This document shows, piece after piece, positions 1-16,562 of a stretch of 64,000 nucleotides of DNA. A program made the position numbers and the translations under genes. The number at the start of each line of letters is the position of its first letter. Position 1 is the stretch's first letter. The stretch is from Daphnia carinata (lineage: Eukaryota): the NCBI RefSeq assembly GCF_022539665.2, contig NC_081333.1, positions 1,488,001 to 1,552,000 on the forward strand, in the 5' to 3' direction. The notes under the pieces were generated by a model. That model ran no database searches, had not been told where the DNA came from, and worked only from the letters and a program-made list of their open reading frames with translations.

Positions 1-1929
1 GTTGCCTTGGCCATTTTTTGTAGTTTGCTTTTATTTCTTTCAGTGACAGCAAAAGTCGATTACACCGGGTATTTTTATTGTGTTTTTCAAAGCATAACAA
101 GCTCATTGGCATACCGACTCTTCTTAACTTGTTAATCTGAAGCATTTCTTTATGATAGGCATGTGGTGATCCGTGCGATTCCTGAAACGAAAGACCAACT
201 GGAACTTTTGAACGGTTGGTTCTCGCAAACGAGCAGTTTCCTCGAATTCTGGTTCCCACCGAGCAAAATCAACAAGTTTGTCGACATTCGCGTACATCCC
301 GAATGGTACGTTTCATCTTCTATAAGGTTGTAGATTTTATTTAATTTCTATACTGTTAACAGGTACAACCATGTCGTGGAAACCTTAACTCGCATGAACG
401 TTAATCATAAAATTCATATTGCGAATATTGGGGACTTGGTGCGACAGGAACAAGAGACCATCGCTCTCCGACGTGCACTTTACAGTGGAAAAGCAATTGA
501 TCATGAAAATTACCACACATACGAAGAGGTAAATTTATAGCCTACGTTCTTAAAACAATGTCCATCTTTGATTGCATATTAATAAAAATAGGTGATGGCT
601 TACCTGGCTGATTTGGCTAATACGAATCCAATAGTGTCGACGAAGGTTGGAGGAATAACTGCAGAGGGTCGTGACATTGTTCAATTAATTATCAGCACTG
701 ATCTTTCTGCCAACAAACCTGTTGAGTTCTTTGAATGCAACGTACATGCAAGAGAGTGGATTACGGCTGCAACATGCATTTGGATTATTGACCAGGTAAA
801 CAGAATTTTTTGCTTTCTTTTGACAACATTATAGTATTACATGATTCATTATACGCAGATAACTACTGGGTATGGTTCTGATCCCGAAATTACCGATCTT
901 GTCGATAGATACGATTGGAAGTTCGTGCCAATCGCCAATCCAGATGGTTATGCGTACACCTGGAGTGACGTAATTATCTTTTAATTTGGGTTCGGAAACC
1001 TCATCTACGAACAGAATTTATGCCAACTGTTTAACATTAACAGGATCGCCTGTGGAGAAAAAACCGTGTCTTGACAAGTAATGACACATGTCGCGGTGTC
1101 GATATCAATCGTAACTTTCCTATTGGTTTTGGTAGCCCTGATGGTGGATCTGATTCTCCCTGCTCTACAAGTATTACGCTATTTTTATCAACTTTATTTT
1201 TCCCAATTGTGTTTGAAATAGCTCGCATGAAATGGCTGAATTTTTATAATGCATTCGATTGTACCTTGTATCGTCATATCTAGCTTACCGCGGAGAAGGA
1301 CCACTTTCTGAGATAGAATCCAACACAATTAAAGTAATTATTTTATTATTGTTACGGAAAACTTAAATTTTAATGGATATTGAAGGACTTGATTGGTGCC
1401 GATCGTGGGAGAATCAGGTCAGCCATTTCCGTTCATTCCTATGATCAGCAATGGCTATCGCCTTATGGATATTCCACTGCGTATCCACTTGAGTACGCAG
1501 AAATGGTGAATCTTTGCAAGAATGATATTACTTGTGAAAAGCAAAGTTTAATACTTTTCATTGTTGTCACTACAGTACCGTGTCATGGAAATAGGCGTCA
1601 ATGCACTTACGGCCACTTACGGAACACAGTACACATACGGCAGTTTTGCTAACGCACTCTGTAAGTCAAAATTAAGTACAGTCTAAATTTTTTGCTTTGT
1701 CAATTATGAATGACAGCTTATTTCTCCTTTTGTTCTTTTGGAATATCCTCAAGATCTCGGATCGGGTGTTACCACCGATTATTATTACGAAGGTGAAGGA
1801 ATACTACACTCCTACACCGTTGAGCTTCGTGACCTAGGCACTTATGGATTTGTTTTACCACCTGATCAAATTGTTCCGACAGCCATTGAGACGTGGAATG
1901 GAATCAAAGCCTTTGTCAATGCCATATAA
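1..1929 (+). CDS. M14A zinc carboxypeptidase (CPA/CPB-like), multi-exon; start lies upstream of the window
   Basis: Spliced reading gives a signal-like segment ([17 protein letters not shown]), then the prodomain, zinc motif HARE (~745-756), NPDGY, WRKNR, DINRNF, HSY and catalytic YTVELRD. Stop TAA at 1927-1929. Confidence 0.93.
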
Positions 1930-2738
1930 ACGTTTGACTTGATTGAGCTGCTAACTTTCCAACACCCACAGCACGAATGATTTACTGTTTTGCATGTCTT
2001 TTAAGATTTCCGTTATCTTCAGCACTTTAGGTCTGTACTTTATTGTAAGAAAACAATAGTAAACATAAAGGAACAAAACTTAAACTCCGATTTCATTTTA
2101 CCTTCTTGAGGGCCACGGAACGTCTAGTGAAGTTAAATTTTTACAAGTGGAAATTTTTGCGTGTCACTTAATTCGTCAAAGCTTGGAAATTCCAGTAAAA
2201 ACATGAACTGAGAAATTGCTTGCCATATGTGTGTCAGTAACTGTTGAACTACTATGGCGCAACCAACGTTAGTCGACTTTACCTTATTGTTTCTTACAAA
2301 ACTGTATATGGATAGAAACTTGTTTAACGTAATGTTAACGCATACCCGTTCTCCATGACCTCGAGATTACGTACTGTTATATAGCTAAGGCGGACGTGAG
2401 ATGTCCCATATATAGATTTCCTTATTTTCTCATCGCCTATCCATGCGTCACGTACACCAGGGTATGTTTGGACTGACATTTATCGTCCCACAGCAGTCCA
2501 GTGGATAATGATTTTTCGTCGTTGAAAGCCTTCGTCATGAGAATTGGGAATTTTCAGCCTCAAAAACTCCATTTTTGACCGCCCCTCCGGTACGATACAC
2601 AGGATCCATAAGCATTTGTTTTCCCTTGAGGCTGGAAAAGCCCAAAAATGTTGACTAAGCGTCGTCTGCTTATTTATCAGTTTACGATTTACCTAGCAGT
2701 TTACAGTTGTTTGTGTTGCAATCAGGTTGTTAGCAAAA

Positions 2739-5147
2739 ATGGTCCATGGGTTTGTTTTACGAGCCTTTAATAAAGGTAAATCCTTTATCATTGCAAACTT
2801 TGCTATTCATTCTATCAACCTTATGATTTAGGTCAAAATGGGTGTTTGATTTTTAAACGTTTGTATTCGTGGACGGAGCAATCTTTCCCTAAAATTACGA
2901 CCCATTACACAGTCTATCCACGAGAAAAGGATCCAAGATGGGAAGGTATGCTAGTAAAGCTAATTTGTATAAGTTAGAACAGTAAATTGCACAGACTTCA
3001 ATCCTCTCAGGTGTGGACATGGAGCGAGCAGTAGATGAGGTTGATGTTGTTATTGTTGGTGGTGGGCCTGCTGGAATGTCTGCAGCCATCCGCCTGAAAC
3101 AACTTGCTGCCCAGCATGAAAAAGAAATGAGAATTTGTGTTGTTGAAAAGGCAGCTGAAATAGGTAACCTCATCTGGTTGAAATAACCATGACGTAACTC
3201 TTATGTAATAGGCATTCTCCCATGTAGGTGGTCATACATTGTCTGGAGCCTGTCTGGAGCTAGCTGCTCTGAATGAATTAATTCCTGATTGGAAAGAACG
3301 TGGTGCTCCTCTTCACACCCCAGTAACAGTTGACAAGTTTGCTCTATTGACTGAAAACTATAGGGTCCCATTGCCAATATTCCCAGGTACTGTATGGCAT
3401 CAAAATAATTACAGTGTTGTAAATGAAACACTTACTTTTATGCAGGTATGCCAATGCATAACCATGGAAACATGATTGTGAGACTGGGCCATTTTGTCCA
3501 GTGGTTGGGTTCACAAGCAGAAGAATTGGGTGTCGAAATTTACCCTGGCATAGCAGCATCTGAAATACTCTACCATGAAGATGGAAGTGTTAAAGGAGTC
3601 GCTACTAACGATGTTGGAATCGCAAAAGATGGATCTCCTAAAGTGAGTCCCCCAACATTTATAAAATTTTTCAGAATCCTTTTTCGTGTCGCTATTTTAC
3701 AACGGGTCACTTTTAACGTTTAGGATACGTTTGCTCGGGGAATGGAATTGCACGCAAAATGTACCATCTTTGCTGAAGGTTGTCACGGTCATTTGGCGAA
3801 GAGACTCTACAAAAAATTCAATTTACGCACAGAATGTGAACCTCAAACGTATGCTATTGGATTAAAAGAACTGTGGGAGATTGATCCTGCTAAGCATCGT
3901 CCAGGACAGGATAGAACATACCGTCGGTTGGCCATTGGTATTTATCGGAATAACAAGTCAGTTGGACAAGCTTTTCATTTTTCTCTTTCTCTAGGAGCGA
4001 ACAACATATGGTGGATCATTTCTTTACCACGTTACGGACGAAAACAAAACGCCCCTTATAGCTATGGGCCTTGTGATTGGGCTTGACTACCGTAATCCAT
4101 TTATCAGCCCATACAAAGAATTCCAGCGATGGAAACTCCACCCTTCTGTAAAGCCATTGCTAGAAGGAGCGAAAAGGTATGTCCTTTAACCATAACCTGT
4201 AAGTGAATGACACTGACGTCTTGTTCTAGGATTGGCTATGGCGCTCGGGCCCTTAATGAAGGAGGTTTACAGTCAATTCCGAAATTGACTTTTCCAGGAG
4301 GTTGCCTGGTCGGCTGTTCACCTGGTTTTATGAATGTTCCAAAAATCAAGGGAACACACAATGCAATGAAGAGTGCCATGTTAGCGGCCGAAAGCATATT
4401 TGATACCATTAACAGTGATATTAAGCAAGAAACGGTCGGCATAAATCCAGTAGTCTACGAAGAGCGAATTCGGAACAGTTGCGTTTGGAAAGAACTCCAG
4501 AGCGTCAGAAACGTAAGACCTTCTTTCAGTTCAGCTCTTGGCTTATATGGCGGGCTTATGTACACTGGGCTATTTTACGTACTCGGTCGAGGGAAAGAGC
4601 CTTGGACGTTTACACATCACGGTAAGAAACATGAAAGCAGAGGCATCGGTGACATAATAGGTTGTGCAGTTTATAATCGTCGACAATTTTTTATCTTTAG
4701 GGGCTGACCATCGAAAGCTAAAACCCGCTGCCCAATGCCAACCGGTTGACTATCCAAAGCCTGATGGGAAAATAACTTTTGATCTATTGACTTCAGTTGC
4801 GTTAACGGGAACGAACCATGAAGGGGATCAACCACCTCATTTAACGTTGAAGGACGACACAGTTCCAGTCAAGCAAAATCTTGCTGTATATGATGGCCCA
4901 GAGGGCCGCTTTTGTCCCGCTGGTAACTAAGCTATTGTCATTATAACAACTCGGCTGTCGATTTTATTTGATTCTCGTTCCAGGTGTTTACGAATACGTG
5001 CCAACAGAAGATGGCCAGAGTAAAAAGTTCCAAATAAATGCTCAAAATTGTATTCACTGTAAGACATGTGATATCAAAGACCCCAGTCAAAACATCAATT
5101 GGGTCGCCCCTGAGGGTGGCGGTGGACCTGCGTACAACGGAATGTGA
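2739..5147 (+). CDS. ETFDH: Electron transfer flavoprotein-ubiquinone oxidoreductase, mitochondrial (multi-exon; apparent 1-nt frameshift at ~3906)
   Basis: [13 protein letters not shown] motif [40 protein letters not shown], 4Fe-4S motifs RFCPAGVYE and [20 protein letters not shown]-terminal [12 protein letters not shown] (TGA 5145-5147). Confidence 0.96.
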
Positions 5148-6864
5148 ATGAAATAGCCTTTTGTTCACAGAATTTTAATTAAGCCTGAATAATATCTGAT
5201 AATCAATGCAACATTCTTTTCCCCCAGCGAGAGCTATCAGCTAATTTGTTCTTCAAATATTTCTCCCATGCTTGTACGAATGACTTCATCAGGAATTTTT
5301 AGCATTATGTATTTTTGAGAATGGTAACTGGGTTAGAGACATATGTTGTATGCCGTCTAGTTGTTTTGCTTGAAAGAGCTTGCATTTATCTAGGCATACA
5401 AAAATACATTCTACGTAAATTTATCAGCATTATACATTTTCCCTCATTATTTGTCGCTTATTCCGTATAACAAATTTGTTCTCTTTCCGTTCCCCCTGAA
5501 TTTAATTTCGTCTGCAATGAATTATTGCTTACAGACGACGGTCAGAGTTCGTGTTCTGTAGTGTTGTCTCAGGTGTATTTGTTGGCGCTGATTGTTTTCA
5601 GAACTTATTTTTGAAACAAACAAATAACGTTAAAAAATAAAGATAAAACTAAAATAAAACAAGAAATGTATGTGGGTTTTTATACATTGTGCCAAATACC
5701 CGCATGTTTTCGTTTGAACACAGACATTTCTGTGGAACTGCACAGTAATGGTTGCAAAGTGCTAGCCTACATCGTGTAACATTTTGAATATGCTTGCCGA
5801 AAAGTAGTAAAACAAGGTTTAGTCGTTTGATTTACTGCCCAAAAAGGTTGAGTTGTCCGTTAGAACAAGATTCGGCAAAATTGTGATTATCCCACGACAT
5901 ACGTCATAACATGAGACGAAGCTTTTTCACTGGAAATCGTTCTCTGTAACAGCATGCAAAGCAATCGCGTGCTTTACTGATATCTTTTTTGTTCTATTTG
6001 GAAAAGTTCTTACTCGACGGCAAGGGAAAATTTGTGAAGCATACATCTGAGGTGAGCCTGAATTTTTCTTGTTTTAGAAACCAAAAGATTGTAAAATGAA
6101 TAGTTTTGCTTATTTTAAATATAAATGCAATAACCTCAGCAAACAGCAGTGTATCTGCTGGCACCCTACACTGTTTTTATGTGGGAAAACTTTTCATTGT
6201 ACATTGCAATTCCAAATAACTACAGTACAATTTGAATTGAACAGAATATCCAATTTAGATCTTCATGAAATTTATTTGTACTCTACGCACCTTAGTACGC
6301 GGTGTCATCGTTATCGCGGCTGATGTATATTTACATATGGACAAGATTTCATTCTTGATGACGTAACAGGTTTACTGAGCACATGTGCATATCAGCACGA
6401 TTAATAACCACAATGTTTTTCTTTGTTGCAGCATCTGTCAGTTCTAGACAAGAATCCGACACGGTACTCCTGTTGAAACATTCTCAAACCTTGAAACCGC
6501 GTCCAAATGACTGCATTAAAGTTTGTAATACCAATCGTTGCATATAAACATAAGTCTCTGTGCTTATTTTGACGCCTTATCCTTTCAGATGTGAAAAAGG
6601 GTGCGCAAGATGAGACGCTTGACGGGATAGCCATGCTATGATGCAGGAATTGCGACATATGGGTATATGTCGCAATTCCTCCCAAAAATTTTAGGTTGTA
6701 TCGCTAAGGATCCCTATCGAATGAAATTGCTGATACGACTTTTTGTAGTCGAGTGGAGAACCAAAGTATTTGGAACGCGGATTAGACCACTGCAAACCAG
6801 CATCAACAATTGAAGCTTGATTTTTTCTGCTTTCGCTGATCGATTCGTAACATTTTCCACGACA

Positions 6865-9572
<2,708 letters not shown>

Positions 9573-10332
9573 AAAGCTAAAAGGTAACGGAAATATTAAA
9601 ATTAACTTTATGAAGACACATTGATGGTTAATAGCTTGCACATATTTCAACCAATCATCTCACTTAAATTTATCTTTGGTCCAAGGTAAACGGGTTTCAG
9701 TATTTGGCATAAGATTAACTGTAAGACTTCGAGTTGGGCTCCATCCATGCATTACTGAAATAATTTTTGGTTTTCTTCTGTAAAGACAAGACAGAAAACA
9801 ATTATGAATGAGCATTAAGTTAACCATACAAAATAAAAATGACCAAGAAACATACAAAGAAAAATGCAGCCCACTATTTCCTACCTTATGGCACAAAAAA
9901 CTAATCAGAGTATTGGGAGGTTCGTTGTTGGTATGGATGTTCTTTGAGAAGATTTACAATTGGAGGGTGGTGAAAGCCATGTTTAATGGGCCGAATTTTT
10001 ACTTTCACTAACCAGGCCGCCAACTGATGTTTAAAATTTGTGTACATGAACTGCTGCCATATTTTATTTTGGTACTCTTTCCATGAAAGCAGGAAAGTGA
10101 AACAGTAAGTTGATCGCCCGTTCAAGTTATATTCATGGCGTTTTCTGATCAAAGTTTCCTTGCATGCAAGTCTGTGGCGATGGCCCGAGGTTGCTTGATA
10201 CTTTTATTTTATTATTATTTTTGTTTATCTCGAAAACGATAAGAAAAAAACTGCCTTATCTTTCAGTATACAGATATCTATACATCTTTTTATCAACATT
10301 CTTTTATTGTCACAAAATTGTCCATTCGTTAA

Positions 10333-11427
10333 TTAAACACTCCCGATGTCCTTACACTGTGTGGAGCCGGATTCTGGTTCGATGAAAACCACGTTATTGG
10401 CCACTCGTGACACAATAGAAGCGGATATGTCTATGCCTAGTGCGGGATCCCAGAGATTGTGAAGTTTCTGTTCAAGCTGTTTTGGATTGAGCGGCTTATC
10501 AGAGTCAAACGTGGCAGTCAAGATGATTACACGTTTTTTGAAAGGAGCCATGAAGTTGTCGCAGTAGCCGTGCAACAATAAGGCTGCTCGCGGTGGGATC
10601 ATCTCCAAAGGTCCAAGCACAATTGAAAAAGACTGGTTGAGGATAGAATGGATTTGCGCATCGAGCTCTTTCTTTATAGCGTCTTCCTGTTGCTGGAGAT
10701 TGAAAATTTCATCAACTTTGACCGTTACTCCAGGGAATTTGAAATCCGTGAACTTCGTCGCGTGAAGTAGCTTATTGGTGTTGGTAGCCAGAGCTAAGGC
10801 AACACACTGCATGGTACGCGTAATAGCTGGTGTGTTCACGCCAACGAGAAGAACAACAGCTGGCTGGGATGGTTCCTCTTCAATAACACTACTGAGTGCA
10901 GAGAGGAAACCTATCCATGTTTCTGTCTTTTGCAAAGGAAAAGAGTTCTGCATTTCATCAAGTAATTCCATTGCTTGGCTTAAAGTATTAACTGGGGCTG
11001 ATACCCTCTCCTTTCCAGCATGGTAGTAAGAAGACCAGAAGCCCGATATATGACCACCAAAATAAACTGGTAATAAGGCAATGCCAAAAACTACCAGTAG
11101 AAGTAGAACACAATAAGAGATTGAAGAGTTCAACCCTGATACATCCTCCTGTGCTTTCGATTGTGGCTTATTTGTCACTGAAGGTAAAGGATTCATGGCA
11201 GAAGGCTTCATTTCGTCAGGTGGTGGTGTGTCATCTTCAGATAGGTTTGGATCATTTATAATATGAGTTGAATCAGGCTGTTTTGACTTCTCTGCTTTTT
11301 TGGATCTCTGGCGTTGTTCATTGGTTGGACTTGGTGGACTATCTCTTACCAATGGCTTGCGATTGTAACATCGTGGACTACTGGAATCTGTATTGGAATT
11401 TCTCCGAAAATTTCTAGTGCCTTCCAT
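10333..11427 (-). CDS. Torsin-1A-interacting protein (LAP1/LULL1-like) paralog 1: low-complexity N-terminus, one TM helix, lumenal AAA+-like activator domain
   Basis: TM segment SISYCVLLLLVVFGIALLPVYF. Lumenal motifs QPAVVLL, LLHGYCDNFMAPFK and SRVANNVVFIEPE resemble the LAP1C-domain YCD..AAFK and SRI arginine-finger motifs. The ATG at 11427 follows a polypyrimidine/AG acceptor, so the longer N-terminus of the 485-aa ORF is probably intron/UTR. Confidence 0.78.
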   Translation of the reverse strand: MEGTRNFRRNSNTDSSSPRCYNRKPLVRDSPPSPTNEQRQRSKKAEKSKQPDSTHIINDPNLSEDDTPPPDEMKPSAMNPLPSVTNKPQSKAQEDVSGLNSSISYCVLLLLVVFGIALLPVYFGGHISGFWSSYYHAGKERVSAPVNTLSQAMELLDEMQNSFPLQKTETWIGFLSALSSVIEEEPSQPAVVLLVGVNTPAITRTMQCVALALATNTNKLLHATKFTDFKFPGVTVKVDEIFNLQQQEDAIKKELDAQIHSILNQSFSIVLGPLEMIPPRAALLLHGYCDNFMAPFKKRVIILTATFDSDKPLNPKQLEQKLHNLWDPALGIDISASIVSRVANNVVFIEPESGSTQCKDIGSV

Positions 11428-12064
11428 TCTGCAAAAAAAAAAACTATTGTTTGGTCCAAATGTAATTTTAAAAATTATGTCCAGTTTCAAACGAAAACAA
11501 ACAAGACTTACAATTTGCTTGATTGATGCCTGGTTGTATTGCCACTTTATTGAAATTTCTGTGGAATATCCATTTTTGAAGCTACTGTGAAAAACTTTTT
11601 CGTATTTCTCCGTATTCCACAATGGATATTGCACGAGATGGTTTTCTATTTGAGATTGTAAACAAAATATTATTTGTTCAAAGTTTGTAATGGAGATTTT
11701 GGTTTTGAATACATTGCTATACTGCGATAAAATGCAGCGGAAAACTTGACTATTGTGGTTTCCAAGTTTCTGATTAACGTGTTGTTTCAAATATTACATA
11801 AAATTCTAGCATAGTAAGAAACAAATATGGTCCACGGCATTGATTACTCAGATCTTCATAATAATTATATCATTAATAAATAATAATTGCGCTGCTTTGT
11901 AGCTAAAAACTGCTGTTTAGTACTACTCTACTAGTTGTTGGTTTTCCGAAATTCGTGCAACGCTGAGTCTTGCGACGAGTCGCGAAAAAGAAAACAGAAT
12001 TTTGTTAGCTCACACGGCTAATGTTGTTCTAAATTTCCCGGCGAATTGCGTAGAAAGAATAAAA

Positions 12065-15000
12065 ATGGGTTCCGTCGAAATCCCTCTTCGGGATACTGAC
12101 GAGGTAATTTATTGCGTTGGTCATTCTACAACTTTGGGACACAACACTTTAATTTGTGTTTGTTTATTCTTGTCTGTACTCTGTTCATTAGGTCATTGAG
12201 TTGTTTTTTGATCAACTACCTGATGGAGAGGAAGTCATTCAGATTCTTAAACAAGAACATGCACAAATACATATTTGGGTTACCTTGGCGGTAAATACAG
12301 CTTAAACTACTTACCTTATTTATGTTGTACTAATTCTTTTATGCCCTATCTAAGGTGGAGTATAACAACCAAAATAAGATTGCTGATTTTGTCAAGGTGT
12401 TAGAAGCCTCACGCACTGAGTCTAATATGAATTACAAAGATTCGGAAAAAGATCAAATGAAGGCCCTTGATACTTTGGCAGCTCACTATGTCCAACAGGC
12501 AAATAGAGAAAAGAACAAGGACAAAAAACGTGAACTATTCACAAAAGCTACACACCTTTATACAACTGCTGATAAAATCATCATGTATGATCAGGTAATA
12601 CTAACTGTTCCAGTAAATTAACAATATTTTGTCACATCCTTGTTCAAATTTAGAATCACTTGCTGGGTCGTGCTTATCTCTGCTTGTTAGAGGGTGATAA
12701 AATGGATCAGGCTGATGCTCAGTTCAACTTTGTGTTGAACCAGTCACCTGACAATATACCTTCACTCCTGGGAAAGGCTTGCATTTCTTTCAATAAGAAA
12801 GATTACAAAGCAGCTTTGGCATACTATAAAAAGGCTTTGAGAACTAATGCAACTTGCCCAGCAGGTATAAAGTTATTTAATTTATTGCCTTTAGGCCATT
12901 TGTTTGCATTCAAAACCTATATACAGGTGTACGGTTGGGTATGGGACACTGTTTTCTTAAGCTGGGCAATGCAGAAAAAGCAAGAATGGCATTTGAAAGA
13001 GCTCTTGATTTGGATCCTAAGTGTGTGGGTGCTCTAGTAGGAATGGCTATTCTGGAATTGAATTTACAAGAGTCCGATTCTATTCGCAACGGAGTTCAGC
13101 TCTTGTCACGGGCTTACGCAGTAGATTCTAGTAATCCAATGGTTCTTAATCATCTTGCAAATCATTTCTTCTTCAAAAAGGTAAGTAAAAAATTCATTCA
13201 TTTTAGATAAGAAATTTTATTCATTTCTCAATTTAAATATATGTAGGACTATTCGAAAGTTCAACACTTAGCCTTGCATGCTTTTCATAATACCGAAAAT
13301 GAAGCCATGCGCGCAGAATCGTGCTACCAAATGGCTCGTGCTTTCCATGTACAAGGCGACTACGATCAAGCATTTCAATATTATTATCAGGTTCAATCGC
13401 GCTATACATCGCGTTAAATCTCTATTACTTATGCTGTGTCTTGCACAGGCTACTCAATTCGCTTCTACTAATTTCATCTTGCCGCATTTTGGACTGGGTC
13501 AAATGTACATATATCGTGGAGATACGGAAAATGCAGCACAATGTTTCGAGCGAGTGCTGAAAGCCCAACCGGGTAACTACGAAACAATGAAAATTCTTGG
13601 GGTCGCTATACGCTGCTTCTAGTAGCCAGTCCAAGAGAGATATTGCCAAAACCCACCTCAAAAAGGTTGTTTTTCGTATCCTTTCGTCATTCACCCCTTT
13701 CATCGTGTTGCTATTGTATGTGTGTTCGATAGGTTACGGAGCAATTTCCTGATGACGTTGAGGCCTGGATCGAGCTTGCTCAGATATTGGAACAATCAGA
13801 TTTACAAGGCTCTCTAGCAGCATATTCGACTGCCATGAAAATCCTAAAAGAGAAAGTGCAAGCAGAAATACCACCAGAAATCCTCAACAACGTGGGTGCC
13901 TTGTATTATAGGTATGTGAATTAAGAAATTGTGGTACTATTTCTGGGAATACATTTATGTTCACCATTCATAGATTGGGGAACCTGGAAGAGTCGCGGAA
14001 GTACTTTGAACAATCAATCGAACGTGCCAAAGCGGACGCTGAACAGGAGCCTCAAGCGGATAACACCGAGCAAGAACCTCAAACGGAGAATGCGATTTGC
14101 GTCACGACAAACTATAACCTCGGAAGAATCTATGAGGGATTGTTTATGTGTGATAAAGCAGAAAAAAATTACAAGGAAACTCTGAAAGGTATTTTCGTTT
14201 TCTTAATATCGTAATGAACGGAAATAATACGGTATTTTTATTCAGAACATCCTAATTATGTCGACTGTTATCTAAGACTCGGTTGTATGGCACGAGATCG
14301 TGGACAAATATACGAAGCTTCTGATTGGTTTAAAGAAGCTCTTCAAATTAACAACGAGCATCCCGACGCCTGGTCTCTTATTGGTAATCTTCATCTAGCT
14401 AAGATGGAATGGGGACCTGGACAAAAGAAATTCGAGCGCATCCTTAGAGTAACTATACAATAATTTCTTAACAATCAGCATATTTTAGATCGATGCAATC
14501 TTTTTTAAATGACTTGTTTCGTCGGTTTCAATGACAAACCGTAACTGAAAGTTGATTTTATAATTTCAGCAACCAGCAACTGCCAATGATTCTTACTCGC
14601 TTATTGCGTTGGGCAACGTCTGGCTCCAAACTTTACATGTTCCAACAAGAGACAAAGAAAAGGAAAAACGGCATCAAGAGCGAGCCCTTCAGTTATATAA
14701 AACAGTGTTGAAAAACGACCAACGCAATATTTGGGCTGCCAATGGTGTCGGTTGTGTGCTAGCTCATAAGGGTTGCATTCCGGAAGCGCGAGACATCTTT
14801 GCATCAGTAAGTAACTAATGAATTGGTAACTTAAAATTTTACATAATTAACTTTAATAAACAAATTAAACTAGGTCCGTGAAGCAACGGCCGACTTTTCT
14901 GATGTCTGGCTAAACATCGCCCACATCTACGTTGAACAAAGGCAATATGTCTCTGCAATCCAGATGTACGAAAATTGCATCCGCAAGTTTTTCCGACATC

Positions 15001-16562
15001 CGCATGTGGAAATTCTTCAGTACCTTGCTCGAGCGCACTTCCGTGCCGGTAAGCTCCGTGAAGCCAAGCTATCTCTCCTTAAGGCCCAGCATGTCGCTCC
15101 GCACGATACCGTTCTCTTGTTTAACACGGCGTTGGTCCTGCAACGATTGGCGACCCAAATTCTCAAGGATGAGAAATCAGACTTGCAAACTGTGTTGCAA
15201 GCTGTCAGTGAACTACAGCTGTCGCACAAGTTCTTCCAATGGCTCTCGGTTAATGGAGATCGCATGCGTTACGATTTGTCATTTGCTGCTGCCGAGGCTA
15301 GACATTGTGGAGATCTTCTTTCTCAAGTAAGTAATTCCTTGCAAAATGTCTTAGGATAACCATTAACCGGAATTATCCCCTTTAGGCACAATACCATGTA
15401 GCGCGTGCTCGTAGCCTCGCGGAGGAAGAAAAACGTATGAAAAAGAAGCAAGAAGAAGAGAGAGAAGCCTTCCGTATGAAACAGCGAGAAGAACAAAACA
15501 GACTAGAAGAAAGTCGTAGACTGGAGCAAGAAAAACTACTCAAATTGCGTGAAGAATTTATTGAGAAAACCAAGAAAGCGACTCAGTTTAACGATATGCC
15601 AACAGAAAAAGCTGATAAGGGCAAGAAGGTATGTGATTAGGTTTTAGCACAACCGAAACGTACTTGAGATTACTTAACATTGTCGTGTTTTAGAGTCGCA
15701 AGAAGAAGGATGATGAAGACGGTTTCGTTACTGACGGTAGTGATCGTCTACGTAGCGGTGATGAGGGCGCTGGCCCGCCATCAAAGAAACGTAAGGCGGA
15801 ACGGAAGCCACGCCAAACAGAAAGCAAATCACGGAAGAAGACGAAAGGCGGAGAAGAACGTGGGCGGGCAAGGGAGAAAAAAGGTCGCAGTGAAGGCAAA
15901 GGTGCTAAGAAAGGAGCTTCGAAGAAATCAGCCGGAGATATTGAGGATGGCCTTAGTTCCAAACAGAAAAGCAAAGTGGTATCGAAAGCCATCATATCTT
16001 CTTCAGACGATTCGTCTTCAGAGGAAGGTGGCAAATTGCGCATTGCGAGCGGGTGAGTTAGATTAAAATTTTGGTGGAGCACATCCATTAATTCCAGTTT
16101 ACATGGATATTTTATTCATTTATTTCGCGTGTCTCTATTTCCAGTGGAGAGGAAAGTGGTGGTGAAGGGGGCGGAAAAAGCCGGAGGAGAAGAATCGCTT
16201 CCGGTTCAGAGAAGAGCTACAGCGGACGCTCTGTGTCTCGTTCTCCAGCAAAATCGCGATCGCCGTCAGGTTCTCGCTCTGGTTCGGGATCTCGTTCTCG
16301 ATCATCTGGACGTTCTAATTCGAGATCCAAATCTCGATCAAAATCACGTTCACGTTCCAACTCACGTTCTAAGTCGCGTTCCAAGTCCCGATCCAAATCC
16401 CGATCCAAATCCCGCTCGGTTAGCAGATCCTCCCGTTCTTCGCGGTCATCTCAATCGTCTCGTTCCAGGTCTAAATCGAAATCCGGCTCACGTTCATCAT
16501 CACGCTCTAAATCCGGATCTCGTTCTAAAACACCTAAATCAGGCTCGGATGATTCGGATTGA
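12065..16562 (+). CDS. CTR9: RNA polymerase-associated protein CTR9 (PAF1 complex), TPR repeats plus Ser/Arg-rich tail; apparent 1-nt frameshift at 13599-13602
   Basis: [23 protein letters not shown] start, [63 protein letters not shown]-terminal SR-rich exon ending SGSDDSD-TGA. Confidence 0.96.

Noticed and set aside
2349..2639. Short inverted repeats upstream of ETFDH (TTTTCAGCCTCAA / TTGAGGCTGGAAA)
   Set aside because: They are short and imperfect, with no target-site duplication identified; insufficient for a MITE call.
11428..11790. N-terminal ~120 aa of the 485-aa ORF
   Set aside because: It is AT-rich and contains a poly-T/AG acceptor just before the ATG at 11427, so it is likely intron/UTR that is open by chance.
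16217..16408. Minus-strand RD/RE-repeat ORF
   Set aside because: It is the antisense shadow of the Ser/Arg-rich CTR9 terminal exon.
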